Below, one piece after another: positions 45,770-56,403 of a stretch of 64,000 nucleotides of DNA; position 1 is the first letter of the stretch; every line of letters begins with the position of its first letter. The notes under the pieces are model-generated. The model worked only from the letters and a program-made list of their open reading frames with translations, was not told the DNA's origin and did not search any database. Both the position numbers and the translations under genes were made by a program. The stretch is from Alphaproteobacteria bacterium. Its GTDB lineage: Bacteria; Pseudomonadota; Alphaproteobacteria; RF32; CAG-239. The DNA lies in assembly GCA_028706255.1 (NCBI GenBank), contig JAQWBS010000005.1, forward strand, positions 35,673-99,672, given 5' to 3'.

Positions 45770-47989
45770 ATGACAAAAGAACTACAAAACATCAAAGAAG
45801 TTCAGCTTGCCGAAGAGCTCAGCAAAAGATATTTATCTTATGCGATGTCGACCATTGTTTCTCGTTCGCTTCCAGACGTGAGAGATGGCTTGAAGCCAGT
45901 GCATAGACGTCTGCTTTATGCAATGCGTCAACTTCACTTAGACCCAAAATCTGGCTTTAAAAAATGTGCCAGAGTGGTTGGGGATGTGATTGGTAAATAT
46001 CACCCACATGGTGATTCAGCCGTTTATGGTGCAATGGTGCGTTTGGCACAAGATTTTTCAGTGCGATATCCCTTGGTTGATGGACAAGGAAACTTCGGAA
46101 ACATTGACGGAGACGGTCCAGCCGCAATGCGTTATACGGAAGCAAAACTTACCGAATTTGCCATGGCAGTTATGGAAGGCTTGAACGAAGATGCAGTTGA
46201 TTTCAGAGAAACTTATGACGGGGACGACAGCGAACCAATCGTGATGCCGTCAGCTGTTCCAAACTTACTATGTAATGGTTCAAGCGGAATTGCTGTTGGT
46301 ATGGCAACTAACATTCCTCCTCACAATTTGAGTGAAGTTTGCGATGCTTTGCTTCACGTGATTGAAAAACCAGATTGTGAAATTGATGCTTTGGTTAGAA
46401 AAATTAAAGGTCCAGATTTTCCAACAGGTGGTATTATTACAGACGGATTTGCGAGCATTTTAGACACGTATAAGCAAGGCCGTGGAGCTTTCAAAATCAG
46501 AGCAAAATGGGAAAAAGAAGAGCTTTCTCATGGGCAATATCAAATTGTCATTACCGAAGTGCCATATCAAGTTCAAAAAGCAAAACTCATTGAGAAAATT
46601 GCTTCCTTGATTATTGAGAAAAAAGTACCACTCTTAGATGACATTAAAGATGAATCAACAATCGATGTTCGCATTGTGTTAGTGCCAAAAAACCGCACAG
46701 TTGATGCAAATTTGCTGATGGAACATTTGTTCAAACAAACCGAACTTGAAGTTCGTTTTAATATGAATATGAACGTGCTTGATTCCGACGGCGTACCTCG
46801 TGTGATGAGCTTGAAAGAAGTTTTGGTGGAATATTTAAACCACCGTCACGTTGTGTTGCAAAGAAAAGCCAATTTCAGATTAGATAAAATTAATAATCGC
46901 TTGGAGCTTTTAGCAGGCTATTTAATTGCATTCCTCAATATTGATGAGGTGATTCACATTATCCGTCAAGAAGATGAACCAAAACAAGTTCTGATGAAGA
47001 AATTTGACTTAACGGAAAATCAGGCTGAGGCGATTTTGAATATGCGTCTTCGCTCTTTGCGTAAGCTCGAAGAAGTTGAAATCAGAAGAGAATTTGACGA
47101 GCTTTCAGGGGAAAAAGGCGAAATTGAAGCTTTGCTTGCAGATGAGGGTAAACGTTGGGCAAAAATTGCTGAAGAAATTAAAGCAACCAAAGAAAAATTT
47201 AGTAAAAAGACGGCTTTGGGTCGTAGACGTACGGAATTTGTTGAGGCAACGGAAGAATTTGAAATGCCTTTGGAAGTTTTGGTTGAAAAAGAGCCTATCA
47301 CGGTCATTCTTTCTGAAAAAGGTTGGATTAGATGTTTGAAAGGACATGCTAACCTTGAAGAAGAATTTAAGTTCAAAGATGATGATAGTCTGTTGATGGC
47401 ACTTCACGCTCAAACAACAGATAAGATTGTTATCTTCGACACAAATGGCAAGTTTTTCAACATTCTCGGGCACGAAATTCCAAGTGGAAGAGGGTTCGGA
47501 CAACCGCTTCGTTTGATGATTGATATGGCAAACACCGACAATGTTTGTGCGATGTTTGTTTATGAAGAAAGCAAGAAATATCTCATTGCGTCAAGTTCGG
47601 GCAGGGGCTTTGTGGTTGATGAAAGTCATTTAATTGCACAGACCAAAAACGGACGCAAAATCATGAACTTAGATGAAGGCGAAGTTGCTCAATATTGCGT
47701 CGAGGTCACAGGGGATATGATTGCTGTGGTCGGAACTAATCGTAGAATGATTATCTTTGAATTAGAAGAAATTCCGTCAATGGCAAGAGGTCGTGGCGTG
47801 GCATTGCAAAAATATAAAGATGCCAATATTTCAGACATTCAAATCTTCAAAAAAGAAGAAGGTTTCGTCTTTGAAAAGACCAACGGACCTAAGGTGGAAA
47901 CTGATTTAATTACTTGGCTCGGACACCGTGCTCAAGTTGGAAAGCAAGTGCCTTACGGCTTCCCAAGAAGCAACAAGTTCAAGGGCTAA
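45770..47989 (+). CDS. parC: DNA topoisomerase IV subunit A
   Basis: GyrA/ParC N-terminal domain with active-site region (…[10 protein letters not shown]…); 739 aa fits ParC rather than GyrA; follows recO. Confidence 0.8.
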   Translation: MTKELQNIKEVQLAEELSKRYLSYAMSTIVSRSLPDVRDGLKPVHRRLLYAMRQLHLDPKSGFKKCARVVGDVIGKYHPHGDSAVYGAMVRLAQDFSVRYPLVDGQGNFGNIDGDGPAAMRYTEAKLTEFAMAVMEGLNEDAVDFRETYDGDDSEPIVMPSAVPNLLCNGSSGIAVGMATNIPPHNLSEVCDALLHVIEKPDCEIDALVRKIKGPDFPTGGIITDGFASILDTYKQGRGAFKIRAKWEKEELSHGQYQIVITEVPYQVQKAKLIEKIASLIIEKKVPLLDDIKDESTIDVRIVLVPKNRTVDANLLMEHLFKQTELEVRFNMNMNVLDSDGVPRVMSLKEVLVEYLNHRHVVLQRKANFRLDKINNRLELLAGYLIAFLNIDEVIHIIRQEDEPKQVLMKKFDLTENQAEAILNMRLRSLRKLEEVEIRREFDELSGEKGEIEALLADEGKRWAKIAEEIKATKEKFSKKTALGRRRTEFVEATEEFEMPLEVLVEKEPITVILSEKGWIRCLKGHANLEEEFKFKDDDSLLMALHAQTTDKIVIFDTNGKFFNILGHEIPSGRGFGQPLRLMIDMANTDNVCAMFVYEESKKYLIASSSGRGFVVDESHLIAQTKNGRKIMNLDEGEVAQYCVEVTGDMIAVVGTNRRMIIFELEEIPSMARGRGVALQKYKDANISDIQIFKKEEGFVFEKTNGPKVETDLITWLGHRAQVGKQVPYGFPRSNKFKG

Positions 47990-48009
47990 GCTAATGTAAA
48001 ACATCATCC

Positions 48010-48048
48010 AAAAGGAATACTTAACTAAAGTATTCCTTTTGTTGTTTG
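48010..48048 (+). terminator. Terminator after parC
   Basis: AAAGGAATACT-TAACTA-AGTATTCCTTT, a perfect 11-bp stem, followed by TTGTTGTTTG. Confidence 0.6.
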
Positions 48049-48095
48049 ACGAAGCATCTGATTTATGTTACTAATCTCCTGAATTATTTATTATT

Positions 48096-48722
48096 GTGTC
48101 ACATTTAATTTTTTTTACTATGGTACTTTTTTTTACTTTATTAGTTCTAGTTGTGTTAACCTTTTCTTTTTCATTTAATTTCTTTTACATTAATTTCTGG
48201 TGGAGATATAAAACTTGGATTAAAGGAAAAATCATTTTCCTGCCAATGATTGTCAAAGAAGGTAAATTGACCTTTGAAGACCCTTCTTTTGAGGCTTATA
48301 TTAAGCTAAACAGAAATGATTATCATCTCTCAGATGAGTTTAAAAATTTTGAAAGAAAAAGACTACATCTTCCTTTTGCTTCTTGTTCCATTGCACCTTT
48401 TGCCAGTTGTTCTTTTGCGTTTGCAGAAATGAATTTGAAAATTGTTTTCATTCAAGATGATTGTGTGAAATGTCTAATTCCAAGAGTTTATTATGAAGAT
48501 GAATTTCAGTTTGATGTTTTATCGCTGAAGAATGAAGTGTTGATTGATTATTGCTTGAAAAAAGAGTTTGTTAAAACTCACGTTTTTGACCTGCAAGAAG
48601 GAGGCGATATTCATCAAGCAAAGAAGAACCTTTTTTGCCTTAAGGCGGAAGATGGCAAAATTTCTGTGTCTATTGAGCCTAGAATTGTCAAAGCTAAAAA
48701 GGAAGAAATTCCTGAGTTGTGA
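48096..48722 (+). CDS. Hypothetical protein, possibly degenerate (N-terminal hydrophobic stretch, tandem PFASCS repeat)
   Basis: ORF only; the N-terminus is encoded by a poly-T/AT-rich tract; internal tandem repeat LPFASCSIAPFASCSF. Confidence 0.3.
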   Translation: MSHLIFFTMVLFFTLLVLVVLTFSFSFNFFYINFWWRYKTWIKGKIIFLPMIVKEGKLTFEDPSFEAYIKLNRNDYHLSDEFKNFERKRLHLPFASCSIAPFASCSFAFAEMNLKIVFIQDDCVKCLIPRVYYEDEFQFDVLSLKNEVLIDYCLKKEFVKTHVFDLQEGGDIHQAKKNLFCLKAEDGKISVSIEPRIVKAKKEEIPEL

Positions 48723-48800
48723 AAAAGTATCATTCATTTTGAAAAAGGGAAGTTGAAACTTCTCTTTTTTTGTGTTTATATGCAAATAAAGGAACATAAA

Positions 48801-48977
48801 ATGAGTGAGATTTTATTTGAATTTGTCAGAGAGGGAAGCTTGGTTAAAGTTTCAGCGATTGATGTTGAAACAAAAACTGAGGCAATCGTTGTCGTGCCTT
48901 TGGGCTTAACTGAAAATCAAATGAAACAACATGCGCTGAACCGCTTGAAATATCTTTTGCAAAAAAAGCGGAAATAA
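48801..48977 (+). CDS. Small hypothetical protein (58 aa)
   Basis: GGAACATAAAATG context; compact, charged C-terminus; ORF-track start at 48753 trimmed to ATG 48801. Confidence 0.4.
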   Translation: MSEILFEFVREGSLVKVSAIDVETKTEAIVVVPLGLTENQMKQHALNRLKYLLQKKRK

Positions 48978-49022
48978 CCCTGTCATAATCCTTTAAATTT
49001 CAAAAAAACTTGTTATAATCAA
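48978..49022 (+). promoter_or_regulatory. Candidate sigma70 promoter with extended -10 (TGtTATAAT) for the giant coiled-coil gene
   Basis: TGTTATAAT at 49011-49019; second TGTCATAAT at 48981-48989; weak -35 elements. Confidence 0.35.
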
Positions 49023-49129
49023 GGCAGATTTTTAGTGCCTCGCTAAGATAAAATTAAACATCTTGCTTTAGAATGTTGAAATGAATTTTATGGTTTGCAA
49101 AGCATATCTTGAAAATAAGGAATTTTTTG

Positions 49130-52100
49130 ATGTCAAAACAAGAACTTGATACACAAGCTTACGAAGAAGAGAGCGTCCTCGATGAAGCAACTTATGAAAG
49201 AGACTTTTCAGAAGAAAGACCTCGCAAAAGCAACATCAATGTTGACGTGCATGAAGGTTGGCTGACTAATAACCTTAATCGCTTGATGATTGGAATTAGT
49301 GTTTTTTGGTTTGCCTTTGTTTTGATTTATATTACCCAATTCTTTGGTTGGTCAAATCTGTTCTTGATGATGCCTGATGAATTTGGCGGTTTTCTTGCTG
49401 GGGTGACTTTGCCTTTGGCAATTATTTGGGTGGTGATGGCATATATTGACCGAGGTTCTAGTTTCAAAAATGAAGCGAAGTTTTTGAGAGCTTATATGAA
49501 CCAGTTGGTTTATCCTGAAGAAGGTAGCGCAAAAACAGCTAAAGCTATGGCGGATGCTATTCGTTCACAAGTGGTTGAACTTCAAGAAGTGACTAAAATT
49601 GCAACCAAACAAACAGATATCATTAAAAATGAACTTTCAAGCCGTGTTGACGACTTTGCCCGTTTGGTTTCTTTGCTTGATAATTATTCAGGTAAGTCAA
49701 TGAGAGAACTTGGCGAAACGGTTGAAACTTTAACGAAAAGTTTTGAATATGTGAGCGATAAAGCCATTGGAGCAACCGACGGGTTTAAAGACACAATTGC
49801 TGAATTTAATGTTTCAGCTAATCAGGTTCAAGATAACTTAAAGACCTTGATTTCTGTTGTTTCGCCACAATTAGATGATATGGAAAAATATGCAGCAAGA
49901 CTTCAAAACTTGAACATTGATAATGAAAACCGTATGGCAAAAGCGAATAATTTGCTTTCTGAATTTAGTGCAAAATCAAGCACCAATATGGAATATGTTG
50001 CTGACTTACTCACAAACCAATTGACGAAAATTGATGAATCTTCTTCAAAAGTGAGAGAAGAATATGGCTCAATTGAAAAAACGTTGGATAAGAGTTTGGA
50101 AAAAGTGGGCGATTTACTCACTTCACAAAGCAAATTTGTTTTGGAACATGTGGATATGCTTGGTAAGAAATCTGATGTGCTTTCAGGTAAATTCACTGAA
50201 CATGGCGAAAAAATCAGTCTTGAGATTGAAAAGATTATGTCTCGCACAAATTCTTTGGAAGAATCAATTGCAATCCAAGTGAGAGATTTAGACAGCGTTT
50301 CTAAACGAATTGAAGGTTCAATGCAAGAAGTTGAAGATTCCGTCAATTCACAAGTGGCTGTGCTTGAAGATAAATCAAAATATGCGATTGAAACAATTTC
50401 TTCTTTGGTTGAAAAACTTGAAGATGAAAATAATCGTATTGCCGAAGTAACGGATAAAAACATCGAAAGAGGCGAAAAAGTTTCTGCTGAAGTTGCAAAA
50501 AGAAATGACGTTTTGCATAATGTTTCAGAAGAAATTTTGACACATTTGAGAAGCTTAAGTCAAGAACTTGAAATGAACACCAACAACATCAGAATTCAGT
50601 CTGAAGATTCAATTGCCAAGTTTAATGACGTGAATAATAATCTGAAGAAAAACACAGAATCGCTCAATGAAACAACCTCAATCATTGTCACACAAAGCAA
50701 AATTGGTGAAACCTCTTTGGCACAACAGCAACGTCATATTGCTGATTCAATCAGCCGTCTGGACGCAACTAAGGGTGAACTTAAACGTCAAATTGATGAG
50801 CTCACTCGTGCGGCAACAATTGTGAACCAAGAAGCTGAAACTTCTCTTGCGAATGTTAAAAAACATCTTGAAGAAGTTATCTCTAGTTCTGAAGAAGTTG
50901 CCAAAAGAAGTCAAAAAATTCTTGAGAAAATGCAACACCAAGCAACCGAATTTGATGAAACATCGGATAGAGTTTTGGATAAAACAACCAAAGCAGGCGA
51001 AATTCTTGAAACTCAGAATAAGAAAATTGGTGAAACTTCTGAAAACATTCTTGAAAGAGCAAACGAAGTTAAGCGAATTATTGAAAAAGAAGCAGAAGTT
51101 ATTGATTCAACAACAACAAGTTCTGAAAAAACATATCAAAACATTCTCAATTCGTTTGAAAGTCAATCTGTTCTCATCAACTCTGTTGCTGAAAATACTG
51201 TCTCTTACGTTTCGGATGTGGTTCAAGCTTTGGATGAAAAAGCGGAAGCCATTAACTTGCTCTTTAAGCACCAAGAAAATGAATTTAAAGATATTTGTGA
51301 AAAAATCTCTGAAAACACAGGTAGTATTGGTTCTTCATTGAAACAAAACTTATCAACCATTGAACAAAGTGCAGACAGAGTCTTTTCTCGTATGGCACTT
51401 TTGGAAGAAGATGTCACCAAGCGTTCTGAAACAGTTATCTCTAGTTCAACGAGAACCATTGACCGCTTGGCAGAAGTGGATAATGCCATTGGCTTGAGAA
51501 ATAATGAAGTGAACGAATTTGTTAAATCTTCATCTGAAAAACTTGGTGAAATTGCTGAGAGCTTCAAAACAAATATTAGTGCTTTCTCAAACATTGTGAA
51601 AGAAGTTAAAGATGAGTCAAATGAAACAACCAACAACTTGCTAACAAATTTCAATAAGGTTAAGGAAGTTAACTCTAGTCTTGTCCAAGAAACGAAAAAC
51701 GTTTCAACAATTATTGACAATAATATCAAAAATATTGATGTGGCAATGATTAAAGCAAAAGCACAAGCAGACGCAATTAGAGAAACTTTTGAACAACAAA
51801 AAGAAAGCTTGAGCGACATTGTGAATGTGGTTTCAACGCAATCCAGATTAGGCGAGGCATCTCTCACACAGCAATATAAAATTTTGTCTGATGTTTCAAC
51901 AGATGTTGCTAAGAAGATGAATGAAATTAATGATAGTTTCAAAAAAGGCACAGATAAAGTCTTTGATACAACAGGTAAAGTGGCTTATGAAATTGATGTT
52001 CTGGGTGATAGATTGCTGAAAGTTGGCGAAGATGTTGCAAAGTCTTCAAAATCGACCATTAAAGATGTTGAACAAGTGAATATGGCCTTGTCACAATCTG

Positions 52101-53149
52101 CAGAAGACTTAATCCATACGGCAACAACGTCAAATAAGTCTATCTCTGATGTGATGAAAAACTACGAAACATATATTTCCAGATTTTCAACAGTCACTGC
52201 TGAAGCCAGCACCAGCGTTGTTGAAATTAGCGATTTAATCACTGAACAAAATGATAAAATGATTAAAATTAGTGAAGATACCAAACAACTGGTTGATTGT
52301 TTCAATGTGGTCTTGAACGACACATCATTACAACTTTCAAATCGTGCAAATTATGCTTACGACAAAGTGAAAGGTCTGGGCGAAAGCTTTAAAAACTTGA
52401 GTATGCAACTTGAAGAAACAACCAAACATAGTTCAAAACATTTGGAAAATTCAGGCGATAAATTACGTTCGTCAATTTCTGAAATTGCTGCAAATGCTGA
52501 AAGAATTTCAAATGAAATCAGAAATTCAGGCGAAGTGTTCTTGAAACAATCTGAAGTTTTGGTCGGAGCAACAGATGAAACCTTGAAAAAAGTTGAAAAT
52601 GTGATGAGTTTCTTGAATAAATCTTCAGGTGAATTTGTCAATAAGTCTGAAACAATTGTTCAAAAATCCGCAACGTTTAATGAGATGTTTGATAAGCAAA
52701 TCGCTCTTTTAGCATCAACTTCTAAGAAAGCAGATGAGAAGATTAAAGAGCTCAACAAGGGTTATGATGAAGTGGAACTTTCAAACTTCTTGAAATCTGC
52801 CGCTCATATTGTGGAACAGTTAGAAGCTGCTTCTGTGGACATTAACCGCATTTATAATCCTGATTCTGAAGAAGAACTTTGGAAGAAATATTATAACGGT
52901 GATAGTTCTGCTTTTGTTAGACATTTGGAAAAAACAATGACCAAAAAGCAAATCATCAACATCAAAAACTTATTTGAGAAAAATGTTGAGTTCAGAACTT
53001 TTGTCACACGTTACATTTCAGAATTTGAACATTTGTTGGATAAAGCTAAGAAGAGCGAAAACGCAAGCTTATTGCTTTCAGTGCTTTCAGGCTCTGACAT
53101 TGGAAAAATTTACTATATCTTGGCAAAATCTTTGGATAAAATAGATTAA
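49130..53149 (+). CDS. Giant (1339-aa) membrane-anchored coiled-coil protein: acidic N-tail, two TM helices, about 1150 aa of apolipoprotein-like heptad repeats, and a C-terminal globular domain
   Basis: TM segments LMIGISVFWFAFVLIYITQFF and FLAGVTLPLAIIWVVMAYI; long low-complexity E/K/S/T/N-rich helical repeats; stop overlaps the dusB start. Confidence 0.7.
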   Translation: MSKQELDTQAYEEESVLDEATYERDFSEERPRKSNINVDVHEGWLTNNLNRLMIGISVFWFAFVLIYITQFFGWSNLFLMMPDEFGGFLAGVTLPLAIIWVVMAYIDRGSSFKNEAKFLRAYMNQLVYPEEGSAKTAKAMADAIRSQVVELQEVTKIATKQTDIIKNELSSRVDDFARLVSLLDNYSGKSMRELGETVETLTKSFEYVSDKAIGATDGFKDTIAEFNVSANQVQDNLKTLISVVSPQLDDMEKYAARLQNLNIDNENRMAKANNLLSEFSAKSSTNMEYVADLLTNQLTKIDESSSKVREEYGSIEKTLDKSLEKVGDLLTSQSKFVLEHVDMLGKKSDVLSGKFTEHGEKISLEIEKIMSRTNSLEESIAIQVRDLDSVSKRIEGSMQEVEDSVNSQVAVLEDKSKYAIETISSLVEKLEDENNRIAEVTDKNIERGEKVSAEVAKRNDVLHNVSEEILTHLRSLSQELEMNTNNIRIQSEDSIAKFNDVNNNLKKNTESLNETTSIIVTQSKIGETSLAQQQRHIADSISRLDATKGELKRQIDELTRAATIVNQEAETSLANVKKHLEEVISSSEEVAKRSQKILEKMQHQATEFDETSDRVLDKTTKAGEILETQNKKIGETSENILERANEVKRIIEKEAEVIDSTTTSSEKTYQNILNSFESQSVLINSVAENTVSYVSDVVQALDEKAEAINLLFKHQENEFKDICEKISENTGSIGSSLKQNLSTIEQSADRVFSRMALLEEDVTKRSETVISSSTRTIDRLAEVDNAIGLRNNEVNEFVKSSSEKLGEIAESFKTNISAFSNIVKEVKDESNETTNNLLTNFNKVKEVNSSLVQETKNVSTIIDNNIKNIDVAMIKAKAQADAIRETFEQQKESLSDIVNVVSTQSRLGEASLTQQYKILSDVSTDVAKKMNEINDSFKKGTDKVFDTTGKVAYEIDVLGDRLLKVGEDVAKSSKSTIKDVEQVNMALSQSAEDLIHTATTSNKSISDVMKNYETYISRFSTVTAEASTSVVEISDLITEQNDKMIKISEDTKQLVDCFNVVLNDTSLQLSNRANYAYDKVKGLGESFKNLSMQLEETTKHSSKHLENSGDKLRSSISEIAANAERISNEIRNSGEVFLKQSEVLVGATDETLKKVENVMSFLNKSSGEFVNKSETIVQKSATFNEMFDKQIALLASTSKKADEKIKELNKGYDEVELSNFLKSAAHIVEQLEAASVDINRIYNPDSEEELWKKYYNGDSSAFVRHLEKTMTKKQIINIKNLFEKNVEFRTFVTRYISEFEHLLDKAKKSENASLLLSVLSGSDIGKIYYILAKSLDKID

Positions 53150-54147
53150 TGCAAGCGTTAGGATTCAAAAGTAAAGTCTTTTTAGCCCCAATGGCAGGAA
53201 TTACAGATCTTCCAATGAGAAGATTGGTTGCTTCAATTGGTGGCGGACAAATGGTTTCCGAAATGGTGGCGATTAATTCGGTACAATATAAAAATCCGAA
53301 GAGTTATCGCATCGCAGATGTAAGGAGCGAGCCTTATCCTGTGGTCGTTCAGTTGTTAGGGAATGAGCCAGAACTATTTGCTGAAGTTGTGCCTTTGATT
53401 GAAGAAATGGGTGCTCATTCCATTGATATTAATATGGGATGTCCGGTTAAGAAAATCACGGCAAATAACACAGGTTCAGCTTTGATGAAAGATATTTCAC
53501 TGGCAGCGAAAATTGTTGAATCTGCCGTGAAAGCCTCCAAACTCAAAGTGAGCGTAAAATTCCGAAAAGGTTGGGATAATAATTCAGTCAATGCGGTTGA
53601 ATTTGCAAAGATGTGTGAAGATAAAGGAGCTGCATATGTGACAGTTCATGGACGCACCAGAAGTGAGTTCTATTCTGGCAAAGCTGATTGGGACATTATC
53701 AAAGCAGTTAAAGAAAGCGTGAAAATTCCTGTCATTGGGAATGGTGATGTAAATTCACCTCAAAAAGCTCAGGAAATGCTTGCATACACGGGTGTTGATG
53801 CAGTGATGGTTGGCAGAGCAGCTTTAGGAAATCCTTGGATGGTGCCAAATATTCATCAGTTTTTAGAAACAGGTGAAGAACTCCCTAAACCAACGGTTCA
53901 AGAAATTAAACAAGTTCTTTTGAAACATATGGACGAGCTTTTGGCTTATTATAATGAACAAATTGGGCTCCCTGTGACCAGAAAATATGTCTGTTGGTAT
54001 TGTAAAAATCTTTATGATGCGAAACGTTTTCGAGAACGTTATAACCGCATTGATAATTATGCCGATGCAGTGGCAGAAATTAATGACTATTTCGACAACA
54101 TTGCTGAATTTGTGACGGGTGAGGACAGCGAAGAAGTTTTGTTTTAA
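53149..54147 (+). CDS. dusB: tRNA-dihydrouridine synthase B
   Basis: FLAPMAGITD start; MGCP and catalytic K/C region; TIM-barrel Dus family. Confidence 0.85.
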   Translation: MQALGFKSKVFLAPMAGITDLPMRRLVASIGGGQMVSEMVAINSVQYKNPKSYRIADVRSEPYPVVVQLLGNEPELFAEVVPLIEEMGAHSIDINMGCPVKKITANNTGSALMKDISLAAKIVESAVKASKLKVSVKFRKGWDNNSVNAVEFAKMCEDKGAAYVTVHGRTRSEFYSGKADWDIIKAVKESVKIPVIGNGDVNSPQKAQEMLAYTGVDAVMVGRAALGNPWMVPNIHQFLETGEELPKPTVQEIKQVLLKHMDELLAYYNEQIGLPVTRKYVCWYCKNLYDAKRFRERYNRIDNYADAVAEINDYFDNIAEFVTGEDSEEVLF

Positions 54148-54213
54148 ATCTCTTGCATAATTTTGAAATAAGATTAAAATCGGGCTAAATAAATAATAAT
54201 AACAAAGAAAGGT

Positions 54214-54435
54214 ATGGCTATGTCCGGCAAAGTTCAAAGCGATTTTTTAGATGAAATTAAAAAAAATGATGTTTCAGTAACGGTTTTTCTCGTTAATGGA
54301 ATTAAGTTGCAAGGGTTGATTACATTTTTTGATGATGAAACAATTTTGCTTCGTCGTGATGGACACACACAACTTATTTATAAACATGCCGTTTCAACAA
54401 TTATGCCAAATACAATGGTAGAAATTCAAGAGTAA
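54214..54435 (+). CDS. hfq: RNA chaperone Hfq
   Basis: Sm1/Sm2 motifs (VFLVNGIKLQG…YKHAVSTI). Confidence 0.9.
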   Translation: MAMSGKVQSDFLDEIKKNDVSVTVFLVNGIKLQGLITFFDDETILLRRDGHTQLIYKHAVSTIMPNTMVEIQE

Positions 54436-54439
54436 AAAC

Positions 54440-55738
54440 TTGGGGCTGATTGAATTAAATCAAAACAAAAAAAGCAAGGCGATTGTCGTCTTTCCTAATG
54501 TTTATCATTCAGAAATTAAACTCTCTCCGGAAGCAAGGCTTGAAGAAGCTGAAGGGCTTGCTTTGGCAATTAATTTAGAGATTGTTCATAAAGAAATTGT
54601 CAATTTGAAGCAACTCAAACCAGCAACTTATTTTTCCAGTGGTTTAATTGAAAGATTTTTGCCAATTATTGAAGAAAATGAAGCAGAGCTTTTCATTATC
54701 GACACCACCATTAGCCCAATTCAACAAAGAAACTTAGAAAAAGCATTAAAGGTTAAAATCATTGATAGAACAGCTTTGATTTTGGAGATTTTCGGTGAAA
54801 GAGCCAACACCCGAGAAGGCGTTTTGCAAGTTGAACTAGCACATTTAACCTATCAACGTAGCCGTTTGGTTAGAAGTTGGACACACTTGGAACGTCAAAG
54901 AGGCGGAGCGGGCTTTTTAGGAGGCCCTGGGGAAACGCAAATAGAGTTAGACCGCCGTTTAATTGATGATAAAATTGTAAAAATCAAAAAAGAATTAGAA
55001 AAAGTAAAAAAAACCCGTGAACTTCATCGAGGTTCAAGACGTAAAGTGCCTTATCCTGTTGTGGCATTAGTGGGTTATACGAACGCTGGAAAATCTTCTT
55101 TGTTCAATGCTCTTTCCAAAGCAGGTGTTTTTGCTGAAGACTTGCTATTTGCGACGCTTGACCCAACGATGCGAAAAATCAGTCTGCCAAGTGGACGAGA
55201 AATTATCTTGTCCGACACAGTGGGCTTCATTTCAGATTTGCCACATGAATTAGTGATGTCTTTTCGTGCCACTTTGGAAGAAGTTTTGGAAGCTGACGTT
55301 GTCGTTCACGTGAGAGATATTGCAAATGTCGACACAGCGGCTCAGAAAAAAGATGTGCTTTCTGTTTTAGCGAATTTAGGCTTAAAAGAAATTGAATCTG
55401 ATGTAAAATATCTTGAAGTTTTGAACAAAATTGACCTTTTGAGCGATGATAAAAAAACTTATTATCAAAATTCAACTAAAATTTTGGAAAGCAATGCTGC
55501 AACTTCCGCTCATTCTGGCGAAGGATTAGATCTTTTGTTGAAAAAAATAGATGCCAAACTTTCGGCAAAACACCAAATTGTTAAACTCAAACTCAATGTT
55601 GCTGAAGGCAAGTTAATGGCTTGGATATATGAAAATGCTGAAGTTTTGAGTGTAGAAAACAAAAAAGAGCTTATGTATTTAACGGTTAAAATTTCCAAAC
55701 TCAATTTAGATAAGTTTAATTCTAAAATTGCTTCCTAA
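54440..55738 (+). CDS. hflX: GTPase HflX
   Basis: HflX N-domain followed by G1 (GYTNAGKSSL), G3 (DTVGF) and G4 (NKID) motifs; the start codon is uncertain (TTG at 54440). Confidence 0.8.
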   Translation: MGLIELNQNKKSKAIVVFPNVYHSEIKLSPEARLEEAEGLALAINLEIVHKEIVNLKQLKPATYFSSGLIERFLPIIEENEAELFIIDTTISPIQQRNLEKALKVKIIDRTALILEIFGERANTREGVLQVELAHLTYQRSRLVRSWTHLERQRGGAGFLGGPGETQIELDRRLIDDKIVKIKKELEKVKKTRELHRGSRRKVPYPVVALVGYTNAGKSSLFNALSKAGVFAEDLLFATLDPTMRKISLPSGREIILSDTVGFISDLPHELVMSFRATLEEVLEADVVVHVRDIANVDTAAQKKDVLSVLANLGLKEIESDVKYLEVLNKIDLLSDDKKTYYQNSTKILESNAATSAHSGEGLDLLLKKIDAKLSAKHQIVKLKLNVAEGKLMAWIYENAEVLSVENKKELMYLTVKISKLNLDKFNSKIAS

Positions 55739-55833
55739 CAAATGTTAGGCTTTACCCCTTTTAATTTTTAAGATATAGATTATCTTTAGTATATATTCTA
55801 AAGTATAATATTAATTAAAAGTTGTATTGCTGT

Positions 55834-56388
55834 ATGTTTGTCAGAAAATGGAGCATTTTTATTTTGACGATGCTAATCTCTTTCCCAGCTTGGGGTGGAG
55901 AAGGAAAGATTTTGGCAATTTTTTTCACTCCTGGGAATGAATGTGAAACAGAAATCATCAGAAAAATTAATCAGGCTCAAAAAATAGACATTGCAGTTTA
56001 TGCCATTAATAATGATAACATTGTCAAAGCCTTGATAGAAGGATATCACCAAGGCAAAGAGATTCGCATTGTGACAGATAGAGTACAATCTAAAGGCAAA
56101 TGGTCTAAAGTTTCAGAACTTTCTCAGTCTGGAATTGCACTGCAAACAAATCGCAGACACAAAATTGAACATAATAAATTTGCAGTTTTTGATGAAGAGG
56201 AAGTGGTGAGTGGGTCTTTTAACTGGACCAATCCCGCAAGTCTTAAAAATAGTGAAAATTGCATTTTCTTCACAGACCCTCAGAAAAATTTTCAAAGCAG
56301 GTTTCAGTATCTATGGAATTTTTATAAACCAACAGAAAAGGCAAGGGCGGAACCACATCAAAAAAGCCCCGCAATTGCGAGGCTTTAA
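55834..56388 (+). CDS. Secreted phospholipase-D-superfamily nuclease (Nuc-like; single HKD motif)
   Basis: Signal peptide MFVRKWSIFILTMLISFPAWG; HxK(x)4D motif HNKFAVFD followed by GSFNWT; size about the same as Nuc endonuclease. Confidence 0.6.
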   Translation: MFVRKWSIFILTMLISFPAWGGEGKILAIFFTPGNECETEIIRKINQAQKIDIAVYAINNDNIVKALIEGYHQGKEIRIVTDRVQSKGKWSKVSELSQSGIALQTNRRHKIEHNKFAVFDEEEVVSGSFNWTNPASLKNSENCIFFTDPQKNFQSRFQYLWNFYKPTEKARAEPHQKSPAIARL

Positions 56389-56403
56389 GAAGTTTATTTC
56401 AGC

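Noticed and set aside
50847-51951. ORFs 50847-51341 (+) and 51223-51951 (-) inside the giant coiled-coil gene
   Set aside because: These are frame-shifted or antisense products of highly repetitive E/K/S-codon DNA. The main frame is continuous for 1339 aa.
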